IMG/VR virus record: IMGVR_UViG_3300042904_000308
Coordinates: 32,001 to 96,000 of that record
Origin: a virus
Strand: one strand, 5' to 3'
DNA: 64,000 bases
Position 1 is the first letter of the stretch. Each line of letters begins with the position of its first letter. A model generated the notes under the pieces. The model was not told the DNA's origin. It ran no database searches and saw only the letters and a list, made by a program, of their open reading frames with translations. The translations under genes and the position numbers were made by a program. Below are positions 56,135-64,000 of the stretch, in pieces.

Positions 56135-57651
56135 TACCCTAATTCCAGATGCCCCTACGCGCATATAATGAAAGCGGCCAGGCCGTTTGCAATGTTGAAT
56201 ATGCAGATAAACATTGGGCAAACGGGGCAATTTGAGGCAATTTTTGAGAATCGTAAAATTGCCTCATATTTGACCGCTCATCCCTCACATTATGGCAACC
56301 TATCGCCCTGGTCGGCATGGTTCTACGACCTCGTTAGCGGTAGCTATTCGAGCCTGCAATGTGTCGTGAATAGCAGTCTGGCGTACGCCGCTAGCACGCC
56401 GCTAGCAGTGCCCCTACAGTGCCGCTAGTGATGCCCCTAGCCTATCGTGGGAGATGCCCCTATCGTGCCACTGGTACGCCAGACGGGGCAGGCACGATTC
56501 ATGAACGGCAATTCACGATAGCCTGGTTTCGTTACTAGGCAGTAAGCAATGGCGGCGGGTTGGTAACTGGCGAGTAAGGAAGTCGAGCGGGTGAATGTGA
56601 ACGAGGGTATAGAATGGACGGGTTGGGAGTGAACGAGGGTAAAGTATGGGATTACTAACAGTTCGTCACATACGCGGATTATTACCAGTGGGTTAGATAT
56701 GTGAGCTGCGTTTGTGAATGTGCGGTAAGTGGGTATGTGAACGAGCATAAAGCACATATGTGAACGAACGATAAGCGACCAGGCGAGTGCTGACAGTCAA
56801 CCTAATCACTATTAGGCGGGTTGACACTCCAGACGGGGCTAGAATAGTGCGTACGTACGCGGGTTTAGGGGTGGCGTGGCCCCTCAAATCCGCTCCATTC
56901 GCGCGTTATGTTGACCGCTGCAAGTCACCAAAATAACTGCCCACTATTTTCGCAAATGCGCCTCGTTCAGCTCCCCCGCCCCGCTCGATTTTCACCGTTT
57001 TCGAAGCCGATCTGAGCCGATTTTCGAAATTCCAGGCGGTATTTTCGCCCTGGAAGAAATTCCTGAAAAATTCGCGCAAAATTTGGCCCTTTCTGGCCCT
57101 CTTTTCATTAAACGCCACCAGAGCGTCACTGTTGAGGCCAAAAATGGGCCTGAGAGCCGCGAAATGTCACACGAATGACACAGATATCGCGTAGGACGGC
57201 CTTTTCGGCCCTGAGGGCAAGAATGAGGCCATACCCCGAGCCTGGGCCTCACCTGCCGTCGGAAATCATGAGCGCTCTCTCTCGTGACCGAGCGCACCCT
57301 GGTCGACGGCTTACTCCTCTCTCTGTGTGTGTACTCTCCCCTATGGAATGGGAGGGGCTCAGGCCAGGGGATCGATCCGAGCTCGGACGCCTGCGCAGGC
57401 AGCTGGTACGGATTGTGCTATAACGCTGATTGCTAGGAGAGCTGGCTGCAACAGCTGTCCTGGTACAGCCAGAGGCGAGAAGCGTCACCCGAGCTCAGGG
57501 TGGCGCTTCTTTAGCTCGACCAGAAAACGTACGTTGACCCTGCTAACGTACGCTTTATTAGAACGAAGGTTCTCTAGTACTATACCTATATTAGATATAT
57601 AGGGCCGATTTCCTGAAACCCCAGCTCCCGCCTAGGCATTTGGGAAATGGG

Positions 57652-57692
57652 GTGGTCAATGACTGACCACTTACTGGTCAATGACTGACCAC
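57652..57692. promoter_or_regulatory. Tandem palindromic operators/iterons TGGTCA-N5-TGACCA (22-bp period)
   Basis: TGGTCAATGACTGACCAC twice; AT-rich tract at 57575-57602. Confidence 0.7.
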
Positions 57693-57826
57693 CTGTAAGA
57701 AAAAGCTGACAGGTGATCGGGCCGTTGACATAGGGTATTGGGGTTGTTTTAGATGCAGGGTGCGTGTATTATGAACAGTGAGCTTACCGAATCAGACCCA
57801 ATTTCCGATTCGCTTCAAAAAAAGGT

Positions 57827-57860
57827 AAGTTTGGAGGATGCTGTGACGATATTAATAGTG
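57827..57860 (+). promoter_or_regulatory. Repeated phage promoter, copy 5 (drives rightward arm)
   Basis: AAGTTTGGAGGATGCTGTGACGATATTAATAGTG; inverted relative to copies 1-4, matching gene direction. Confidence 0.8.
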
Positions 57861-58175
57861 GAGGTAGGTGGACGACCGTTCAAGGTCTTCGGAAGCGAGA
57901 AGGTCTGCCCTACGTGTGGCGAGACGAAGCCGATTGATGACTTCACGGTGAACGCCCGAGCCACGGACGGCCACCACTGGGAGTGCCGCGTCTGCAAGAG
58001 CAGGCGTGACAGCAAGAGTTACGAGCGCCACCGACAGAAGCGAATCGAGATGTCGAAGCGCTACAGAGAGGAGCATCCCGACAAGCACAGAAAGTACAGC
58101 CGCGACTACAAACGTCGGAAGCGGCTGGAGGAGCGCGAGAAGCGGATACGCGAGCTGGGCCTCAAGCCCTGGTAG
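57858..58175 (+). CDS. Zn-ribbon basic protein (HNH/EndoVII N-terminal-like module, no nuclease domain seen); start uncertain
   Basis: KVCPTCGETKPIDDF...DG...ECRVC, Arg/Lys-rich tail. Confidence 0.6.
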   Translation: MEVGGRPFKVFGSEKVCPTCGETKPIDDFTVNARATDGHHWECRVCKSRRDSKSYERHRQKRIEMSKRYREEHPDKHRKYSRDYKRRKRLEEREKRIRELGLKPW

Positions 58176-58758
58176 GTGCCTTCGGGTGCCTGCATTCAGG
58201 AGTGGTGAGGAGCGGAGCCATCATCCGTTTGCCAGCCAGCCGCGATCAAACTGACTATTGTCACCGACCGCTCGCCACTCCTGATTTCAGGTACCCGCCA
58301 AGTACCGTTGTTTCTGCGGTTGCGGACGGGGGTGTGAGCCTCCAGAGGAACGCAGCCCCATCATAGGTCATGATGTGTATGTTCCTGTGTCTCGCCCCTG
58401 TTCGTAATTGCACCTTGAGGAGCTTTCCATGTACGCCGACTGCCAGCACTGCGGCACCCAGCACGACCGTCACGGACGAGCGCACCACTGCATTTCGTGC
58501 GGTGCCCCCTTGCGTTTCGAGGAGCAGCAGTCGGTGATCTATAACGTCACCTTTAATGAATCCGCCCCGCCGACCACCTCGACCGAGGATGATAAGGCCG
58601 CTCGGGAATACCAGAACGCTCGGGTGATCGCCTGGGGCATTCTGCTGATCCTGCTCGCCTACGCTACGTTTGTCTACTAGGGGAGGCCCAGGCCAAGGGC
58701 GCTCACTGAGCGTGGCCTGTGTATTAGTTGTTTCTGAGCTAGTTTCGCGGAGATATAC

Positions 58759-59097
58759 ATGTACGAATTGAACTGGTACAAGGCGACCGTCGTGCGGCAC
58801 GTTGATGCGGACACGACGGTCGTCGACATTGACCCTGGCTTCGATCTGACGATTCGCAAGACGGTGCGCTGGGCGGGGATCGATGCCGCCGAGCGGTTTA
58901 CGCCCGAGGGACAGGCCGCGCTGGCCTATGTGGAGCAGATGATGCCTGTCGGCTCGACGGTGATCATGAAGAGCGCCAAGAGCACGCGGGACAAGTACGG
59001 TCGCTACCTCGCGAGGTTCTTTGGCGATAACGGCAAGCCACTCGACGTGGAGCTGGTCGAGAAAGGCTGGGCCGTTGCGTACGTCGGGCGGCAATAA
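58759..59097 (+). CDS. Thermonuclease (SNase-like) family protein
   Basis: VVRHVDADT, VRWAGIDAAE, DKYGRYLA, LVEKGWA. Confidence 0.85.
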   Translation: MYELNWYKATVVRHVDADTTVVDIDPGFDLTIRKTVRWAGIDAAERFTPEGQAALAYVEQMMPVGSTVIMKSAKSTRDKYGRYLARFFGDNGKPLDVELVEKGWAVAYVGRQ

Positions 59098-59158
59098 GTT
59101 TCGGAAGAGTTGGATATCGAGAATCGTTCTGGCGAATGACGTGACAGCGGAGGTAATT

Positions 59159-59941
59159 ATGGATTTTGTTCAATTGCGGGAAGCGCTCGCGGATTTCGAG
59201 CACGCTCGCTGGTCGGACTGGCAGGAGTGGGTCCACGGTCGCTGTGTCCAGAATGACGACGGCTCCCTGACGATCCCTGCCGAGGACGTCGAGCGCTGGA
59301 ACAGGCAGATCGAGACGGACTACCTGGAGCTCTCGGAGGAGGAGAAGGACTCCGACCGCAAGCAGGTTGATCGCTACCTGCACCTGATCGAGGACTTCAT
59401 CATTGATGCGGTGCAGGAGCAGGCCGAGCAGCTGACGCAGACGGATGTCTCGCCGCGTGAGCAGAGCCTGCGAACCCACAACCAGCTGCTCAGGCAGCGC
59501 TATCAGGGGGTTTCCGTCGATGTGGAGGAGTTGCGCAAGCTGCGCACAGAGGTCGAGCGCCTGAAGGCCGAGAGGGCGAACCTGAACAGCTACATCGAAA
59601 ACAGGCTGGAGCCTGAGAAGGAACGGCTGCAGGAAGCGCGTGAACGGCTCTGGAAGCAGATGGACGAGGCGGTTGAGGAGCCCGAGTTGCGCGAGCGGTT
59701 CGAGCAGCTCCAGATGGAGTCGAGAGAAGCTCGGGTGCTGATGAACAGCCTACTCGTGTTCTTTGACCACGTGCGGGACGAGAACCGCCGTCTGTGGGAT
59801 TTGGTCAACGCGCAGCGGGTCAACCTCGCCACACCATCCCCTGAGATGGGGCGGCTGGGTGAGCTGCTGCTTGAGCTTGACAGACCTGCGCCTGCGCCTC
59901 CCGACGATGAGGACGAGTGGCCCGACTGGGAGGAGGACTGA
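59159..59941 (+). CDS. Protein with RyR-repeat-like N-terminus and coiled coil
   Basis: GGAGG RBS; EHARW...DYLELSEEEKDSDR; heptad-rich C-terminal half. Confidence 0.55.
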   Translation: MDFVQLREALADFEHARWSDWQEWVHGRCVQNDDGSLTIPAEDVERWNRQIETDYLELSEEEKDSDRKQVDRYLHLIEDFIIDAVQEQAEQLTQTDVSPREQSLRTHNQLLRQRYQGVSVDVEELRKLRTEVERLKAERANLNSYIENRLEPEKERLQEARERLWKQMDEAVEEPELRERFEQLQMESREARVLMNSLLVFFDHVRDENRRLWDLVNAQRVNLATPSPEMGRLGELLLELDRPAPAPPDDEDEWPDWEED

Positions 59942-61588
59942 TGACGACCAAGCCAAGAACCTATGTGGCCTCGATCACGGTCACTGAGCGTCCGACGGGT
60001 GTGTCGCAGACGTTCGACACCGAGCCGTGTGAGCTGTGGGATTTGCCCATTGTGGTCAAAAACATGCTGCGGATGATCGAGGAAGACCCGTATCCGTTCT
60101 GTCAGGGAGAGGAGGACGAATGGTAACGACTGCCACCGTTTCACGCACACGCCTGCTCAGCAGCCTGCGGCGAGGCGAGTTTGCCGAGTGGGACGCGAAC
60201 GAGCTGCTGGCCGAGATTGTGATCGCGGAACACTTCGGTGACGCCGAGCGGCTCGCGTTCCTGAACGCCGAGCTCGATTACCGCGCCACGCGCCTGACGC
60301 GCAAGGCCTACGTGAGCAAGCTGGAGAGGGAAGACGCATGACGCTGACCTACAACGACGACGATCCCGAGGGGCGGGTGTGGGTGCCGCTACACATTTCC
60401 GATGAGGAGCCTCACTGGGAGCTGAGCGACGAGACGACGCTACAGGCGCTGGTGTTCGAAGAGGCAGACCTCGACGAGTCAGATGACAGCATGTACAAGG
60501 CGTATGTGTCTGCAGACGGAGATGTTGAGCTGTATATGACGGATTACCCCGACCATGCTGACGCTAAGGTAGAGAGACTCTGGATCGACGACATCGATCT
60601 GATGATCGAGCGCCTACAGGAGCTGAAGGCTCTGGCGTTCGCGCACTTCGGAAGGGAGTGGTCGAGCTGATGATCGTTCTCAAAGAACCCGTTCCGCTCG
60701 ACCAGTGGAGTACCAGGCATCGCTGCCTTGGGTGTGAGGCGGTTGTCTCGCTGTCAGTTGGAGATTTCGACTACGCTCGCACGACCCATCTCACCGTGAC
60801 GCATTACTTCCCGACGACATACTCCAACTTCGTGCGTTGGGAATGCGGATTCTGCGGGACCATCTCCAAAGTCCTCATTCCCACTAATTTGGTCAGCCAG
60901 ATCGCTGGCCGACGTATCCCGATGAAGCCGTGCCCGACCTGTCACGGCGGCAGGAAGCAGCGGGGCCGCTGGGATCGCTTCACGCACTGGCTGCGGTACG
61001 GCGAGTGCATCGAGTGTGAGGGAGAGGGATGGGTACTGGCAACCTGACAACCAAGAGCCTGGGCCTCTATCACCGCCGCTGGGTGGAGGAGTGGTGCGTC
61101 ATGTGCGGCTCGCCATTCATCACGCCTGTGATCCAGCACATCGAGGGGCTCGGGGATACACGCACGGGGTTCTGCTGCTGCGAGTGCGGCTATGACTCGA
61201 CCAACCCGCCACAGAGTCTGGTCATCCGCATGTACTACGAGCAGACCTATCCCGAGCATGTCGACCGCGTTTTTCCGTTCGCGAGTATTAGTGAGGCGAC
61301 AGGACGTGTCTGATTACACATTTACCTATCCGAGCTCATCGACCAGGCAGGTGATCGAGCTTGATCTGCGGCTGGACTCATTCTGGAAGCACAGGGGCAG
61401 GAACCCAGCGTATATCGTGATGAGCCATGACCGCTACACAGAATTCGAGCGTCAGTTGTGCGAGACGCATCGACGGGTGAACCGCAAACGGGATGAAGAA
61501 CCTGGGCCTCCCATGTACTGCGATATTCGCATCCTTGTTGACGACGCCAGCTCTGGCGAGATGTTTCTTATACCGTAAGAGGAGAGAT

Positions 61589-61834
61589 ATGACACCATCG
61601 GTTGGAAGAATTGTTCATTACACGAATTTGGGATCAGTGGACGACGACGGCAACATGATCTACCCGCCAACGCAGCAGGCGGCGATCATTACCGAGGTCA
61701 ACGAGACGGACGGCATATGCGACGGCACCGTGGCGCTGCACGTGTTCTACACGACGGGCCAGTTTGACATGCCGAGCGTGCCGTTCTCCGAGACGTACAA
61801 GCGCGGCCACTGGTCGTGGCCCCCGAGGGTTTAG
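61589..61834 (+). CDS. Conserved phage hypothetical protein
   Basis: MTPSVGRIVHY...AAIITEV...WSWPPRV; GAGGAG RBS. Confidence 0.65.
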   Translation: MTPSVGRIVHYTNLGSVDDDGNMIYPPTQQAAIITEVNETDGICDGTVALHVFYTTGQFDMPSVPFSETYKRGHWSWPPRV

Positions 61835-62473
61835 CTGTGGCAATTCCCGTTAGTGAGTTGACATTTCCGCCGTCCGTGATGACCAAAGCAGCGGAAACCT
61901 ACTACCAGAATCTGATCACCGTCCATTTCACGGAAGTGCTGGATCGGGTTGGCAACCAGTTTGACGAGGCGATGGAATCCGATCTGGTGATGTCGGATGA
62001 TCCCGCAGTGGCCCAGTCCGCGTTCTTTCGGGTGTCCTTCCTCGCTGAGCTGTTTCACGCCTACGAGCGGATGTATGTCGAGATGACCGATGCCATGAAG
62101 CGACACGTTGCGGAGAACCGCATGCTGGAAGACCTGTGCCCGTGGTGTGCCTCCCCTGAGATGTTATGGGCTGACACGCAGGAGGGCGAAGCGGCGTACC
62201 CTGGCAGTCGCTGTCGTTCCTGCGGCTGGGACTCCGACTGCGACATGAGTCCAGGGAAGGTGAAATTGTGATCAACATTTGGGACACGTCTGTTGGCGGA
62301 TACGATGACTTGAACGCGCTCTGCGCGAAGGCGTGGAGTGACAGCTATCCGTTAGGAATTGGAGGTAAGTACTGGCGAGAGCTTACGGAGCGCGAGCAGC
62401 AAGGGTACATGGCATTCGCGCAGTCGGTGATGGAAAAGTACTACGCCGAGCTGCAAAAAGAACCGAGCCTTAG

Positions 62474-62965
62474 ATGATCAACATCCGCATCGACCAGTTT
62501 CCATCGACCGTGGGCATCATCGGCTCTCGCGAGTTCCCGAAGCTGGGCTGGGTGCGGCGATTTGTTGACCAGCTCAACGAGGGCACTCGCGTGGTCAGCG
62601 GCGGGGCCAGGGGCGTCGATATCACGGCCACCAATCACGCCGAGGATCGCGGTCTGGAGACAATGATCTACTGGCCCGACAAAAAGCTGCCTGTGCCAGC
62701 TCGCTTCTTCGAACGCAATACGAAGATCGTGATGGACGTCAAGAAGGCTGGTGGGCTGCTGGTGGCGTTCGAGCTCTGGCCCCGCAAGACGGGCGGCACC
62801 AAGGACTCCCTGACGAAGTGTGACAAGTACGACATTCCGTACATCCACTTTCGCATGGATCACGAGGGCCAGTGGCTCGACACCTGGGTTGGCCGCGCAG
62901 TAGTGCTTCACGAGAAGTGGAGAACGTTAGTGTTTGAGGACGACAGCTTTGGAACGCTTAGTTAG
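62474..62965 (+). CDS. SLOG-superfamily (DprA/YspA-like) nucleotide-binding protein
   Basis: IIGSREF, VVSGGARGVD, RNTKIV, GGT. Confidence 0.75.
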   Translation: MINIRIDQFPSTVGIIGSREFPKLGWVRRFVDQLNEGTRVVSGGARGVDITATNHAEDRGLETMIYWPDKKLPVPARFFERNTKIVMDVKKAGGLLVAFELWPRKTGGTKDSLTKCDKYDIPYIHFRMDHEGQWLDTWVGRAVVLHEKWRTLVFEDDSFGTLS

Positions 62966-63246
62966 CACGGTGAGCTAATGGGATATGTCACATCGATCAG
63001 CCGAGTCGAGGAGATGCTGTCGAGAACCGATATCGATGGCCGCTGGGTTGGCATGGACGTCAGGGGAGAAGAGATTCAGTTCCACGCATCTGATGACCTG
63101 GGCCACACCGAAGCCTGGGTGGTTGTCGCCGCTCATGTGCTGGAGAGGCTCAGCGACGAGGCGCTGATCAATTTCCTCTTCGATGAGCTCGCGACTGCCC
63201 TGCAGGAATCCGTGAACATGGGGGGAAGGACGGTGTATATCGCGCA

Positions 63247-63846
63247 GTGAAAACGTGTACGAAATGCGGGGTCGAGAAATCGCTCGATGATTTCTACAAA
63301 CACCCGAGAACGAAAGATGGCAAGCAATCGAACTGCAAGCAGTGTATGACTCAGGCAGCACGTCAGATAAAATCGACGTCCAGAACGGTCAGGCCATTCA
63401 CGAACAAGCGCTGCAAAGCCTGTGGCGTTCGCAAGCCGCTCGCACAATTTGATGACAACCTTTACACCACGGACAGGCATGACTATGTCTGTCTTTCATG
63501 CAAGGGACCAGCACCAGCTCGCACCCCGAAGGTCGATCTGAACTCCGAGTGTTCTCTTACGCTTTTGTGGGATTGCTATCTTGGGGAAATGCGGTGTGCT
63601 CAGTGTGGAAGGCAGCTGCCTGCTGTGATCCGTCAAGAGTTGCGAGGGAAACTGTCACCTGACATGTCAGGCGCGGTCGAGCTGATCGAGTCTGTCAAGC
63701 GGTTCGATTTTGAATGTTCGGGGTGTAGACGTAGGCGCGGTCGAGCTGATCGAAATCTTCATGACATGGAAGAACGTAAGCAGCGTGCCGCCTCCAGAGC
63801 GATAGGTACGTGGCTCATGCGGCTGTCTGAGGCGTGTTGCGACTGA
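63247..63846 (+). CDS. Multi-Zn-ribbon protein
   Basis: KTCTKCGVEK..DDF..DG...CKQC duplicated; further CxxC pairs. Confidence 0.6.
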   Translation: MKTCTKCGVEKSLDDFYKHPRTKDGKQSNCKQCMTQAARQIKSTSRTVRPFTNKRCKACGVRKPLAQFDDNLYTTDRHDYVCLSCKGPAPARTPKVDLNSECSLTLLWDCYLGEMRCAQCGRQLPAVIRQELRGKLSPDMSGAVELIESVKRFDFECSGCRRRRGRADRNLHDMEERKQRAASRAIGTWLMRLSEACCD

Positions 63847-64000
63847 TTTTCTCCTTTTTAACTGATCAAACGTATTATATCAAAGTAGAAGGGTAAACCA
63901 ACCTACCAACAGAAGCGTGCGTTCGGAAGGGAAACGAGCCTCTCGGTCGGAAGGCGGCACGTCGATTCTGCTGACCATTATTTGAATCAGATACCCCCTG

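Noticed and set aside
56821-56850. Rightward sigma70 promoter TTGACA...TAGAAT
   Set aside because: Spacer only 13 nt, and the TTGAC is part of an inverted repeat
1-64000. Genome-wide TAG recoding (code 15)
   Set aside because: Long conserved genes are uninterrupted in code 11 and many end cleanly at TAG

Overview
A 64-kb, GC-rich (~60% by eye) segment of a large tailed dsDNA bacteriophage genome. It contains no structural, lysis or integrase genes. Positions 1-55450 are transcribed almost entirely on the minus strand. That arm has an early-like region of many small ORFs (~31-55 kb) behind sigma70-type promoters. It then has a replication, nucleotide-metabolism and RNA-repair block (~1-30 kb) with PolA, AEP primase, DnaB-like helicase, a Rad52/Sak-like annealing protein, SSB, Cas4-like nuclease, NrdJ, ThyX, dNMP kinase, thioredoxin, two RNA ligases, Pnkp and an RlaP-like nucleotidyltransferase, driven by a repeated sigma28-like promoter. 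A ~2.3-kb non-coding switch region (55451-57750) precedes a plus-strand arm of small genes. The most unusual signals are non-coding: (1) a 120-nt miniature tmRNA with an intact alanyl-tRNA-like domain but almost no mRNA or pseudoknot domain; (2) ten GTAG-tagged, covarying hairpin elements separating early genes like a cassette array; (3) three ~160-200-nt stem-closed structured RNA domains, each just downstream of an rrn boxA-like motif; (4) a decamer GAGGCYCAGG with ~36 copies counted by eye. All protein calls come from motif recognition only; no database searches were run.
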